64,000 nt of DNA from Sulfolobales archaeon (GCA_038841535.1 JAWBTQ010000003.1:32001-96000); one strand, 5' to 3'. Counted from the stretch's first letter, positions 21,470 through 31,221 are shown. Numbers and translations: made by a program. Notes: generated by a model not told the origin, from the letters alone.

Positions 21470-21510
21470 TATTAAACAAATTTGTTTAATAGTAGACAGA
21501 TGTTGTCTAC
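21470..21510. repeat. Two adjacent palindromes between convergent tsr3 and trmI
   Basis: Perfect 22-bp TATTAAACAAATTTGTTTAATA (21470-91), then GTAGACA-n5-TGTCTAC (21492-510). Confidence 0.6.
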
Positions 21511-21512
21511 CA

Positions 21513-22337
21513 CTAGATTAACCTGAGGAAGACTATGTAACCTGTGTGTGCTATGTATAGCGTCCTGGGCCTCAAGGCTTTCGCTGTAGGCTCGAACTCC
21601 CTCATTAGAGTCTCGAAAACTCTCACGTCAACGCAAAAGCTCGAAGACTCCACATATTCCAGTAGCCTAATCACTTGGTTAACTGTAGGGAGGAAATTTA
21701 TTATGGGAGCCGATGGACGCACGGCGTTTCTAAGATGCTGGTAAACGTTCCATGGGTCCGGGATGTCTATAAAAACAGCGTCAAACTCTCTATCACCAGC
21801 TTTCTCGATTCCCAAGCGCGCATCAGCTACTTTTATGATGACGTTTTTGTCTAGACCAAGATTTGATAGGTTTCTCAAAGCAGCTTTTGCGTACTCCGGT
21901 CTCATTTCGTAACCTACAACTATGCCTCCAGGTCTAACTACGTTAGCTATGAAGGAGGTTAAGTAACCCGTTCCAACACCTATCTCAAGTACGTAGCTAC
22001 CGGGACCTATACCCGAGAGGAGTATCATGAGTCCCGCATCTTTCGGGTATATGACTTGCGTAACTCTTCTAAATTTTGATACAAGATCGAAATGTAGGGG
22101 TTTGAGAATGTAGGCCTTAATTCCGGTACTTAATGGAACCTGAGACCCGTAGCGAAGACCTATGACATTCCCCATGTCTAGACAACCTTTATCACTCTCA
22201 AACCTGGTTTCTCGAGAAACCTTAACGACTTTATGTCTCCTACTATCTACATAGACTAGTACATAGTCTCCTTCACTGATAACATCAGAGCTCACCTCTG
22301 ACACCAGCGACAGAACCGTATGATACAATAAATGCAT
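21513..22337 (-). CDS. trmI: tRNA (adenine-N1)-methyltransferase (true start probably GTG at 22304 or 22295)
   Basis: RVTQVIYPKD, EIGVGTG, DIPDPW, LRP...AHTGY. Confidence 0.93.
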   Translation of the reverse strand: MHLLYHTVLSLVSEVSSDVISEGDYVLVYVDSRRHKVVKVSRETRFESDKGCLDMGNVIGLRYGSQVPLSTGIKAYILKPLHFDLVSKFRRVTQVIYPKDAGLMILLSGIGPGSYVLEIGVGTGYLTSFIANVVRPGGIVVGYEMRPEYAKAALRNLSNLGLDKNVIIKVADARLGIEKAGDREFDAVFIDIPDPWNVYQHLRNAVRPSAPIINFLPTVNQVIRLLEYVESSSFCVDVRVFETLMREFEPTAKALRPRTLYIAHTGYIVFLRLI

Positions 22338-22484
22338 GTTCGTAGATCTCTTACATCTACCCTAGGGATAGGGATTGAGCAGGAACACTGCTGTTACCAC
22401 ATAACTCTTGGTCGCATCGGTGTGGAGGAAGTATTGTAAATAATTTCGAATTCCTCCTTACTTTATGCCCCCACCATTCACATC

Positions 22485-23153
22485 TTAAGTTATCGGTGGT
22501 ACTTTCTCTAGCTTATACCAAGTGATCTCGTCACGCTTCAGTAGGGACTCTAAGTAACTTGAGTCTATATCTCCCTCAATTAGTAGGTAGTAAAAGCCGT
22601 CTACTACCGAGCTTTCAGCGATTTTGATAACTTCATACTTTTCAGTTATCGCCTTAATTATTTCTGACGCTAGATCTTTGAAGTAAGTAGTGAAGTACAC
22701 TGCTAGCTTAGGGGTGTTCTTCGGCACCATATAGACCCACCTAACTACCTCTTTTAGGGCTTTAAATTCGTTGGAAAACACTTTCTCGATCTCGTCACCA
22801 CTTAGTCCTCTAGATATCTCCCCCATGTTTTCGTAGACCCACGGACACATTAGGGATGTTGATACCTCAAGTGATGTTAGATTTACAAGCATCGGGAACA
22901 TCCTACATGAAAGAGGTTTCTCCCTTTGTATTCGACACGCTCTGCCAGGGATATCGTAGAAAGGGCAGTAACCGTCTATGATAAACCGATAAAACCCTTG
23001 ACCCAGGTTTTTAATGCTTAGCTTAAGATTCGTGAGCTCGCCTATCTTAACTAAGTACAGAACTTCGTGCCATAAGAGTATGGGGTTCTCTCTTTCTTCA
23101 GTAAAGAAGCAGCAGTGTATACACCTGTAACACTTAAATTCTATCGTCAACAC
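22485..23153 (-). CDS. YkgJ/FliB-type Cys-cluster (Zn/Fe-chelating) protein with extra C-terminal domain
   Basis: FKCYRCIHCC, CPFY...C.I...KP.SCRMFP, C.W. Confidence 0.8.
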   Translation of the reverse strand: MLTIEFKCYRCIHCCFFTEERENPILLWHEVLYLVKIGELTNLKLSIKNLGQGFYRFIIDGYCPFYDIPGRACRIQREKPLSCRMFPMLVNLTSLEVSTSLMCPWVYENMGEISRGLSGDEIEKVFSNEFKALKEVVRWVYMVPKNTPKLAVYFTTYFKDLASEIIKAITEKYEVIKIAESSVVDGFYYLLIEGDIDSSYLESLLKRDEITWYKLEKVPPIT

Positions 23154-23524
23154 CTCAGATCTACGTATACGTAGTCACCGTCTTCAAGACCTAAGAGCCC
23201 CCTGAGGTACTTTGAGGATACGACTTCGAGAACGTTTGAACCGTGCCTAGATAGGTTCGGTCTTAACACAAGCACGTCGATAGAGCCTGTAGTGTCTGTA
23301 CTTATTTTACCTAGCCAATACTTAAACCCTCCGAATATGTTACTACCCGATATAACGCTCTTTATATATTGGGGTAAACAGTAAGTCTCTATCTCTGCAA
23401 CCGAGAGACTAGTTTCAATGTTTAACGTCCCTGGGTATGGCTCTTCACCTAGTATTTCTGTTAAAACTATATAGTACACGTGTTTGTTAACAAATATCCG
23501 CCCAAGACCTAACCCACTCATCAC
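23147..23524 (-). CDS. ribK: CTP-dependent riboflavin kinase (no HTH; may start at CTG 23542)
   Basis: SGLGLG, PYPGTLN, LEVVS..YLR..LGL.DGD.V. Confidence 0.88.
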   Translation of the reverse strand: MMSGLGLGRIFVNKHVYYIVLTEILGEEPYPGTLNIETSLSVAEIETYCLPQYIKSVISGSNIFGGFKYWLGKISTDTTGSIDVLVLRPNLSRHGSNVLEVVSSKYLRGLLGLEDGDYVYVDLRC

Positions 23525-23525
23525 C

Positions 23526-24167
23526 TTACCTCTTAGCCGCAGAAGCCCTCACCTCTTTAGATATTTTATCTGCTAAATATGTCGGTTCCGGTAGTTCATG
23601 GTGTTTAAAAAGAGTTTTAGAAAGAACACGCAAGCTGTTTAAGTCCACTCTGTGGCCAATACTGATGTAAAGCTCCTTTTTACCTTTACTCAACACTAAA
23701 CCTCCTGCGAAGTCCCCAACGAATACGAGCTTTTCATTACCTAAGCTCTCTACCCTCCCATAGAGTAAGCTCTTAGCTACTCCCACGGAGGGCTTATCTA
23801 AGACGACGCCTACATGTGATGCTATTCCAAACCTCCTCGGGTGAGTAATGCCGTGTCCGTCTACAACGAGTAAATCTGGTTCTTGGTCTAGGAGCTCGCA
23901 GGCCTTGATCAGTAAGGGAGCCTCTCTAAATGCCAGCAAGCCGGGTATGTAAGGTACTCTAACTTCTCCCCCAACTACTACGTATTCTACGAGATCGAGG
24001 TGAGGGTAGTTTAGTAGGGCTGCTACAGCTATTCCCTTATCCCTAGAGTAGCTTACATCAAGACCAGCTACATACTTAACTCTAGACAGATCTATCTCGG
24101 ATATGACTAAGTTTAAAGATAGCTTTTGTTGGAGCCTCTTCGCTACTTCAGTATCAAACCTCATCAA
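23526..24167 (-). CDS. nfi: Endonuclease V
   Basis: AGLDVSY, PYIPGLLAFRE, VDGHGITHPRRFGIASH, GVAK, LPEPT.LAD. Confidence 0.96.
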   Translation of the reverse strand: MMRFDTEVAKRLQQKLSLNLVISEIDLSRVKYVAGLDVSYSRDKGIAVAALLNYPHLDLVEYVVVGGEVRVPYIPGLLAFREAPLLIKACELLDQEPDLLVVDGHGITHPRRFGIASHVGVVLDKPSVGVAKSLLYGRVESLGNEKLVFVGDFAGGLVLSKGKKELYISIGHRVDLNSLRVLSKTLFKHHELPEPTYLADKISKEVRASAAKR

Positions 24168-24785
24168 TTAGGCTACCGGGTAGAATTTCTCATACGACTT
24201 ATCGCGAGCTACGACGGCAACGTCAACTCCATCTCCTGAGACAGCGTCTCTACTTATTGCCGCTCTTACGGCGTTAAAGACCAGCTTTTCTGCTTCACTA
24301 ACCTCTAGGTCTTCCCTGTAGCCTCCCTCTATTATACCTATAGCTATTGGTGCACCAGTTCCTATAGCTGCATAGCTATCTTCTATTAAAGACCCTAAAG
24401 GATCCATGACGAATAAATGCGGACCTGTTTCATCTATTCCACCGAATATTATCTCCGAAAGGAATGGGTAGTACTTGTACTGATATAGCAATGTTGAAAG
24501 AAGCTTTGCTGCCCCTTTAACACTTATTGGATAGCCCAGCTGGATCTCGTACGACCTAATCTCAACTGCTAACCACCTACTGATGGTCTGTATATCAGCA
24601 AAAAGTCCTGCTAATGCCATCCCAAACCTGTCTGCTAGCAAGTAAACCTTCTTACCAACCTTACTGACTACGAAACCACCATACGAAACTCTCTTCTCAG
24701 CAGCAAGAACAACAGCATCTCGCAGTTTCAAACCTACCGCCGTCGCTCCAGTACCTAACCTATCGTAACCCATGCACTTCCCCAA
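24168..24785 (-). CDS. psmB: Proteasome beta subunit (Thr1 replaced by Ala)
   Basis: GATAVG, AAEKR, GGID, GTGAP.A.G, RDAVSGDG. Confidence 0.93.
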   Translation of the reverse strand: MGKCMGYDRLGTGATAVGLKLRDAVVLAAEKRVSYGGFVVSKVGKKVYLLADRFGMALAGLFADIQTISRWLAVEIRSYEIQLGYPISVKGAAKLLSTLLYQYKYYPFLSEIIFGGIDETGPHLFVMDPLGSLIEDSYAAIGTGAPIAIGIIEGGYREDLEVSEAEKLVFNAVRAAISRDAVSGDGVDVAVVARDKSYEKFYPVA

Positions 24786-24822
24786 CGAATAGAGGGTCGA
24801 GCATTATAAGTAGAACAAGCAG

Positions 24823-24912
24823 TGGGCCCGCGGGGATTTGAACCCCGGACCACCCGGTCTCCCATCACGCTTAATATGAGCCGGGCGCTCTGCCTGGCTG
24901 AGCTACGGGCCC
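24823..24912 (-). tRNA. tRNA-Ile2(CAT) with 16-nt intron at 37/38 (24859-24874)
   Basis: GGGCCCG acceptor and discriminator A (Ile-type); CCCGG-CT-CAT-A[intron]A-CCGGG; BHB-like CTCA/TGGG with AGA bulge. Confidence 0.85.
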
Positions 24913-24987
24913 CAAAATCATTTTTATCTCGGTTTTTAAGCGTTAGCTAAATAAAGCTTATTTCACCCTCCACACAGTACTACTTCG

Positions 24988-25064
<77 letters not shown>

Positions 25065-25677
25065 ACGTTTCCACAGCCCGCACGTTATAGCCCTGCAGAA
25101 CTGTTGCACTTAATATTCTGGGTACTACGGAACCTCTAGTCGCTTTCTACTTCCATAGCTACACTTGGGAGAGTCTCTACTTTGTGTATCTCAGTGAACT
25201 CCTTTCTCACGGCAGGGTAGCCCATGTTAAACCAGTTGAGGTATGGTTACGGGTCTACGCTGATTAGTTTAACTACTTATTCTGCTGTTTTCGTTGCGTC
25301 TTTTACTTGTGTGGGGTGCTTTAAATCTACACCTAATCAAACATACTCGATGAGGGGTATATCCAGTGTATCCTACTACTAATAGATTGTGCCAATAATT
25401 AGGTTATTTTCTCAGCAACAAGCCTTAAGCTAGTTTAGCCATTAAGTACACTTGCAGTTCTCCTCGATAACGAACCAATAACCACTGGAGATGGAAGAAT
25501 GTGCGTAGCTTTCCCAGGCAGGCTTGGTGGTGCTGCCCTTGTGACCTCAGCAACTCAGTGAGTAGATGTTTAGGGAAAGCTCGTCTCAGCAAAACAACAA
25601 TAATCTAGAATATCTAAAGTGACTAAACCGATGGATACAGACAAATACCGTAGCAACATAAATTCAACTTAGTAGCT

Positions 25678-25720
25678 GTTTTATGGTGTAAAACTTTATA
25701 AGAGTTTTATTACATAAAAC
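25678..25720. promoter_or_regulatory. Two 17-bp palindromic boxes flanking the TATA box of the metal ABC operon (putative operator)
   Basis: GTTTTATGGTGTAAAAC (25678-94), TTTATAA, GTTTTATTACATAAAAC (25704-20). Confidence 0.65.
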
Positions 25721-25725
25721 TGGGG

Positions 25726-26763
25726 GTGAATATAGGAGATAGCTCCGCTAGAGATCTACTGCTAGTGTTACTACTTATTACAGTCATTTTACTATCGTGT
25801 CAACCTAATCATGCTTACAGTAGTTCGGTGGTTGTAGCTGTAGCGCATCCATCTCTAGAGGCTGTAGTTAGTGCCATTGGTGGAGAAAGAGTACGCACTT
25901 TGTTACTAGTTCCACTCGGTGTAGATCCTCATCACTACGAACCACCCGCTCTAGAGTTAGTAACGCTCCTTCGAGATGCGAGGGTGGTTCTAATGACGGG
26001 TCCTTCGCATTTACCTATAGAGGAGAGGATCGAGGAGATCTATAAATATGGGGCATTCGATTGGACCCTACTAACTTACCGTAACTACATAGAGAATGGG
26101 CTACAGATGTTAACTAACCCAGCTACGGGTCAGGTTAATCCTCATGGGTACTTTCTATCAATTAATGGACTTAAATCCATAGCATTATCGCTATATAAAG
26201 CTCTAGTAGAAGTGGACCCAGAAGGCAAGGACTATTATGAGTCCCGACTTAATGTCTATCTCAACTACCTTGAAAGACTTAATAGCACTCTAAAGTACTT
26301 AATCAAACATGTGAAGACGGTTAGAGTGGGGTTAGTTACTCCCGCTCTTCAGTACGCGTGTGCCGATGCCGGACTTGAAGTAACGTACCTACTATTGCGC
26401 GAGCACGATGTTCCCCTAGAAGCTAAAGACCTTCTCGATGCAGTTAATAAATATGGGAAGATATACGATGTTTTAGTTATGTCTGACTTGGACTTCACCT
26501 TGTACTCTGAGATGGTTAAAGAGTTAGTCAAGCGGGGAGTCCACTTAGTCGTGGTACCCTTATCTAATTTCTTAACTGTTGCTCCAGAGCTTACGCCTCT
26601 TACCATAGCTGTCGAAATAGGGTCTCCTTCGATAACAATAGAGCGTTGGAATGAGGCTATGGGCCCGTACATAGTAATAGCTATTACATTACCTCTAGTA
26701 ACTACAATCGTACTAATCATTTACGTGCTTAGAGTGAGGATCTATGGAGCTTCTAGAAAGTAG
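25726..26763 (+). CDS. Zn/Mn ABC transporter substrate-binding protein with C-terminal membrane anchor
   Basis: Signal peptide, GVDPHHYEP, NPHGY, C-terminal TM helix. Confidence 0.88.
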   Translation: MNIGDSSARDLLLVLLLITVILLSCQPNHAYSSSVVVAVAHPSLEAVVSAIGGERVRTLLLVPLGVDPHHYEPPALELVTLLRDARVVLMTGPSHLPIEERIEEIYKYGAFDWTLLTYRNYIENGLQMLTNPATGQVNPHGYFLSINGLKSIALSLYKALVEVDPEGKDYYESRLNVYLNYLERLNSTLKYLIKHVKTVRVGLVTPALQYACADAGLEVTYLLLREHDVPLEAKDLLDAVNKYGKIYDVLVMSDLDFTLYSEMVKELVKRGVHLVVVPLSNFLTVAPELTPLTIAVEIGSPSITIERWNEAMGPYIVIAITLPLVTTIVLIIYVLRVRIYGASRK

Positions 26764-27529
26764 CATTGAAGTTCTCGACGTTTATGCTAAATACGACAGT
26801 TTTTACGCTATAGAGGCCGTAACAATTCACCTTAACTCACCTTTCTACACTCTTCTACTGGGACCTAATGGTGCTGGGAAGACTACCTTAATCAAGGTGT
26901 TAGTAGGTCTTCTAAAGCCAGTGCGGGGTCGAGTAAGAATATATGGATTCGACCCCTTTAAGGACAGAGCAAATCTCTCAAAGCTGGTTGGGTACTTACC
27001 TCAACCGGGATCGACTAGACCAGCTCCCTTTATGAGAGTTAGAGACCTTGTCGCTGTGGGTTATCTCTCACATAGGCGACCGCCGAGATATGTCGATAAA
27101 GAAGTTGAGCATGCTATTGCCGCCTCCCTTAGAGTTATTGGGATAGAGAACCTAGCAGATAAGTATCTGACTGACCTAAGTGGTGGGGAGCTTCAGAGAG
27201 CCTCAATTGCAAGTGTTATCGTTAGAAAGCCTAAGCTGTTAGTGCTTGACGAACCTTTAGCGTCTTTAGATATGAAAGCCAAATGTGAACTAATTGAACT
27301 ACTGCTGGAACTCCATAGAAGTTTTGGGATGGATATTATCATGAGTACGCATGAGCTTACACCGTGTACGTACTTTGAGCCAACTGTAGTATTAATAAAC
27401 AGGACGGTACTGTCTTACGGACCTGCCCGAAAGGTGTTGACTTCAGAGAACCTTAAGATGGCTTACCCAAGTATGGTTGAAGTAGCTGGGTTAACTATCC
27501 TTACCGAGGATCACGCTGTAAGAGGGTGA
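26744..27529 (+). CDS. Zn/Mn ABC transporter ATPase
   Basis: GPNGAGKT, LSGGE, LDEP, STH. Confidence 0.92.
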   Translation: MELLESSIEVLDVYAKYDSFYAIEAVTIHLNSPFYTLLLGPNGAGKTTLIKVLVGLLKPVRGRVRIYGFDPFKDRANLSKLVGYLPQPGSTRPAPFMRVRDLVAVGYLSHRRPPRYVDKEVEHAIAASLRVIGIENLADKYLTDLSGGELQRASIASVIVRKPKLLVLDEPLASLDMKAKCELIELLLELHRSFGMDIIMSTHELTPCTYFEPTVVLINRTVLSYGPARKVLTSENLKMAYPSMVEVAGLTILTEDHAVRG

Positions 27530-27536
27530 TTGTTCA

Positions 27537-28355
27537 ATGCCATTACTTGATGCCATCACTCTCGGGGGTTTAGTCGCAGTTGCGCTAGGAGGCCTGGCTT
27601 TCAGCTCTATCGGGTACGCACTCACGATTTCTCAGATGTTAGTGCTCGCACATGAGTTACTACACTCACTGCTTGCTGCCTCCCTTCTAGGGACACTTAT
27701 CGAGAGCGTTACTGGATTCATACCTATGCAACTAACTATATTCCTTTACTCAATGGCCATGTCAGCCTTGGTTGCTGAGTTAGTTAAGCTAAAGATACCT
27801 AGAGACATCGTAGTTGCGGTTGTCCCTTCAGTGTCTGCTATTATCGCTATAGGGTCACTTTGGGGACTCGTGCACGCATCTCCTTTGGGAGTTTCCAGGG
27901 CTCTAAGCATTCTCTGGGGTTCTATACTACTAATTACACCAACAGACCTAGTTTACTTAGCAATAGCAGCAGTTGTAGTAGTGTCCATAGTCTATCTCTT
28001 CGACCTAGAGCTTAAGTACATAAGCTACGACCCCGATCTAGCCTATGTCTCGGGTCTTAACGTTAGAGCTTACTACTATTTGATTTATGCTTCAACGTCA
28101 TTATCTTTATCTGCGACTATTAAAGTCTTTGGTACAGTGATAGCAACCACGCTAATAGTATTACCCAGCGTGTTTTCTCTGCGTGTGGCTAGACGTGTTA
28201 ACCTGAAGGTCTTTCTCGTCTTAGGGTTGTTGATATCTATCCCAGGCTATCTGATGTCGTTACTACTCAATCTTCAGACCTCTTTCTCTATAGGAATTAT
28301 AAGCTTAACCGTAACGCTTTTAGGGGGAATCCTGAGGTGGTCGCTTGACCGATAA
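27537..28355 (+). CDS. Zn/Mn ABC transporter permease
   Basis: Multi-TM; H..L, LWGSIL, SYDPDLA..SG. Confidence 0.88.
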   Translation: MPLLDAITLGGLVAVALGGLAFSSIGYALTISQMLVLAHELLHSLLAASLLGTLIESVTGFIPMQLTIFLYSMAMSALVAELVKLKIPRDIVVAVVPSVSAIIAIGSLWGLVHASPLGVSRALSILWGSILLITPTDLVYLAIAAVVVVSIVYLFDLELKYISYDPDLAYVSGLNVRAYYYLIYASTSLSLSATIKVFGTVIATTLIVLPSVFSLRVARRVNLKVFLVLGLLISIPGYLMSLLLNLQTSFSIGIISLTVTLLGGILRWSLDR

Positions 28356-28782
28356 TCTAACACCAGAGTTAGTAGACTACTTACTCGCTGTAGTACACCT
28401 AACTGCAAAACGAGGAGGTCAGTGCTGTATTAAGCTTATCGAGGTCTCGAAAATTCTGGGTGTTGCGAAGCCGACAACTTCCCTAATGTTGAAAAAGTTG
28501 TTGCGTATGGGGTTAATAACGAAGAGCACTCAAGGAATAGCTATTAGTGAGCTCGGTCTTGAGGTATCTAAAACCATTACAAAGAAGCATGAAGTACTAG
28601 AAAACATGTTAATACAACACGGCCTAGACCACGATAGAGCCTGCGAGGTAGCTAGGGTACTTGAGTTAGTCGTTGATGACTCAGACGTAACAAAAATATC
28701 GAGAACCCTTAAAGATTCACAAAGTGAGTGCGATAAACTACAGTGCCGGCTTAACTCAGCAGTAAGATCTCGAAAAAGGTAA
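28345..28782 (+). CDS. DtxR/MntR-family metal-dependent repressor
   Basis: DYL, LGVAKPTTS.ML.KL HTH, KHEVLE, A..LE. Confidence 0.88.
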   Translation: MTDNLTPELVDYLLAVVHLTAKRGGQCCIKLIEVSKILGVAKPTTSLMLKKLLRMGLITKSTQGIAISELGLEVSKTITKKHEVLENMLIQHGLDHDRACEVARVLELVVDDSDVTKISRTLKDSQSECDKLQCRLNSAVRSRKR

Positions 28783-29012
28783 GTAAATACTCTAGCTTAA
28801 TACCTCAATTATTACCGCTCATACTTCTTAGTGTTCATTGTTGTCGATTAATGATGTTTGCGTTCAGAGGGTACTGGAGTACTGCCTTCTACAAGTTCAA
28901 ACTCGACTACCTCGAAGGCACACTAGCTAGAGAAACGGAAACAGTCAATGAGTGGCGCGAAATAGCTACTAAATCTATAACGTTTTAAAGTGTTAGACTC
29001 TTAAGAAATTTG

Positions 29013-29086
29013 GGGGCCGTAGTTTAGCTTGGTAGAATGCGGGGCTTGGGCCCCCGTGGTCCGGGGTTCAAATCCCCGCGGCCCCA
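29013..29086 (+). tRNA. tRNA-Pro(TGG)
   Basis: GGGGCCG/CGGCCCC; CGGGG-CT-TGG-GC-CCCCG. Confidence 0.96.
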
Positions 29087-29198
29087 CTGTTAATTGGGGT
29101 TACAGTAGAAGGGTTCGCTAACTTGAGTCACTATCGTGGATATGGGTGGAAGGAAGGTGTTATAAGAGCAAGTGAAATCTTCATAAGAAGACACCTCA

Positions 29199-29234
29199 CG
29201 CTGAGTCATGAGTACGCGTACTCATGACTCAGCG
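29199..29234. repeat. Perfect 36-bp spacer-less palindrome
   Basis: CGCTGAGTCATGAGTACG|CGTACTCATGACTCAGCG equals its own reverse complement. Confidence 0.95.
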
Positions 29235-29484
29235 GCATTAAGAGGCTATTAGAGGCCACTATAAGGCTGGTAGTACCGAAGTGCATTGAGTCATAAATTC
29301 ACAGTAGTGGGAGAGCTATAGCTAACGCTAGGGTAGTCGGTGCCAATTATAATAAGGTTTACTAGCCCATAGATGAGGATGCTAAACTCGATGGATTTAG
29401 CGGTATCGACGAGATTATCAACGCACTTACAAGAGTGTGTGGAAACATAGGCGGTGACAGTGGTGTGCCGATAATTAAACTAGT

Positions 29485-29790
29485 GATAGACTAAAAGTTG
29501 ATGACTTGGGAAACTGCGGCCCCCATTGAGATCTTGACCCACCAGACATAGCTAGAACCGGGTTAAGATGTCTGAAGAACGGGCTTAGTAATGAGGAGAA
29601 AAGAGTGCTGGAATTATCGAGCAGAGGTCTATCGATAAACAGAACTGCTGTTAAACATTCCGGTTTTCTAGATAGGAGACTGAGAATCAGGAGGATCGTT
29701 AGAAGAGTTCTATGAGAGCTTAGAGGTAGGGGCATAATCTGGGTCTTAGAAAACCTTGAGGAGCGGATAGCGGTGAGCAACTCTCCATAG
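29485..29790 (+). pseudogene. Interrupted frame with an HTH-like segment (relic downstream of tRNA-Pro)
   Basis: LSNEEKRVLELSSRGLSINR...; in-frame TGA at 29527 and 29713; no intact start. Confidence 0.4.
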
Positions 29791-29845
29791 GCTCTCTACT
29801 ACTAGCACCTAGGCACAGAGTTTCTGAACTCAAATTCAGGTCGTA

Positions 29846-30268
29846 GTGGCTGTTTATGCTTATTTTCCTATTTTTCACTCTTCACTCGGTGTGACGGTGC
29901 AGAGGCTACCACCTGAAGTAGAGAAAACGCTAGCAAAGTACCAAGAAGTTGAGGCACAACTAGCTTCGGTTATGACCCAAAAGGGTACGGTGATATCCTA
30001 TATAAAGGAGATAGAGAGGGCTTTAGGGATACTCAAGGACTTACCTAGCGACGCAGTTGTTTATAGAAGTACGGGTCACGTACTCGTTAAGGTAAGTAAA
30101 GACGATGCTGTAAAGGATTTAGAGGGAAAGAAGGAAGAGCTAGAGATAAGACTAACTAGCCTCGAGAGAATGGAGAGTATCTTGAAGAAACAGCTTGAAG
30201 AGTTGAGGAGCGCTCTCAGTAAGTACATGAAGACGGCAACAGAGCCTCGTAAAGAGGAGGAAGAATGA
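29846..30268 (+). CDS. pfdB: Prefoldin beta subunit (true start probably GTG 29891 or 29897)
   Basis: LPPEV, VYRSTGHVLV hairpin between coiled coils. Confidence 0.92.
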   Translation: MAVYAYFPIFHSSLGVTVQRLPPEVEKTLAKYQEVEAQLASVMTQKGTVISYIKEIERALGILKDLPSDAVVYRSTGHVLVKVSKDDAVKDLEGKKEELEIRLTSLERMESILKKQLEELRSALSKYMKTATEPRKEEEE

Positions 30269-30378
30269 CCGATAGAGCGATAGCGGGAGCGTATAGATTA
30301 ATGTCTATCTCTAGATTCTGCTTGCCATCTACTAAAACCCCTAAGTTGTCTGTGTGCCCTAAATGAGTGTAGAAACTG

Positions 30379-31221
30379 GTGTGTTTTTCTGTGTGGAAGG
30401 GCTTTAGTAACACAAAATATTTTCACCTAGTAGTACTACTAAGTGCTCTCGGTGGTTTCTTTAAGATCGTTAGTGGGGTGTTCTTTGGATCAAAAGCCGC
30501 TTTAGTTGACGCACTAACGAGTATAGTAAACGTTGTTGCTGCGTTTTTAGTCGCTAGGTATGAAGACCTGAGTTTACGACCTCCTGACACGGACCACCAT
30601 TACGGGCATAAGAGAATGTCTGTGGGCGGTAGCATGTTTTCCATCAGTCTCTACTCTATGGTTGGAGGAGCTATGCTAGTAGACATTGTTCATAGCGGTA
30701 CCGGAAGGTACGAAGTCCACATACTCGCAACTTTGTTCGCGACTTTGGGAGCGTTACCGTACTTGACAGCTATACTCATTTCCAAGAAAATGGGGGGGTC
30801 TTATGGAACGTACGCTAAATTCACTGTAGTTGAGGTTATCGAGTGCGTAGTAGTCATAACTTCATCACTTGGAGGTGCTTTAGTTAACTACCTAGTAGAT
30901 CTTACTGGAGCCGCCATCCTCCTCCTTTATCTATACATCGAGATCGTTAGAGAAGTGCGGGGATTACTGCACGTAATAAGCGATAAGGCACCTGTCTTCC
31001 TAACTGAGAGGATTAGAAAGATATCGGAAGACCTCAATGTGGAGATCAGGAGTATAAGAATCAGGGAGGTGGTCCCAGGAAAGTACCATGGAGATATGGT
31101 TATAGCTTTACCGGCAGAGACAACGATAAAGAAAGCCCATGAAGTCGCTCATACAATAGAACAGTCCCTTAAGGCCCTTGGAATAGACGTAGACTTAATA
31201 GTCCACGTCGAACCCGCTTGA
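30379..31221 (+). CDS. Cation diffusion facilitator transporter
   Basis: S.A.LVDA, PPD.DHHYGH.R, C-terminal AH..A..IE, VHVEP. Confidence 0.9.
   Translation: MCFSVWKGFSNTKYFHLVVLLSALGGFFKIVSGVFFGSKAALVDALTSIVNVVAAFLVARYEDLSLRPPDTDHHYGHKRMSVGGSMFSISLYSMVGGAMLVDIVHSGTGRYEVHILATLFATLGALPYLTAILISKKMGGSYGTYAKFTVVEVIECVVVITSSLGGALVNYLVDLTGAAILLLYLYIEIVREVRGLLHVISDKAPVFLTERIRKISEDLNVEIRSIRIREVVPGKYHGDMVIALPAETTIKKAHEVAHTIEQSLKALGIDVDLIVHVEPA

Noticed and set aside
24823-24912. tRNA-Met call for the CAT anticodon gene
   Set aside because: GGGCCCG acceptor stem is Ile-type and tiaS is present; called Ile2
25504-25583. TPP riboswitch (CCCTT..GACCT...TAGGGAA resemblance)
   Set aside because: Lacks the UGAGA junction and P5 motifs, and lies upstream of the next promoter
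29485-29790. TGA recoding (selenocysteine or readthrough) in the interrupted frame
   Set aside because: No SECIS-like element or redox motif; TGA is a normal stop elsewhere; decay is simpler
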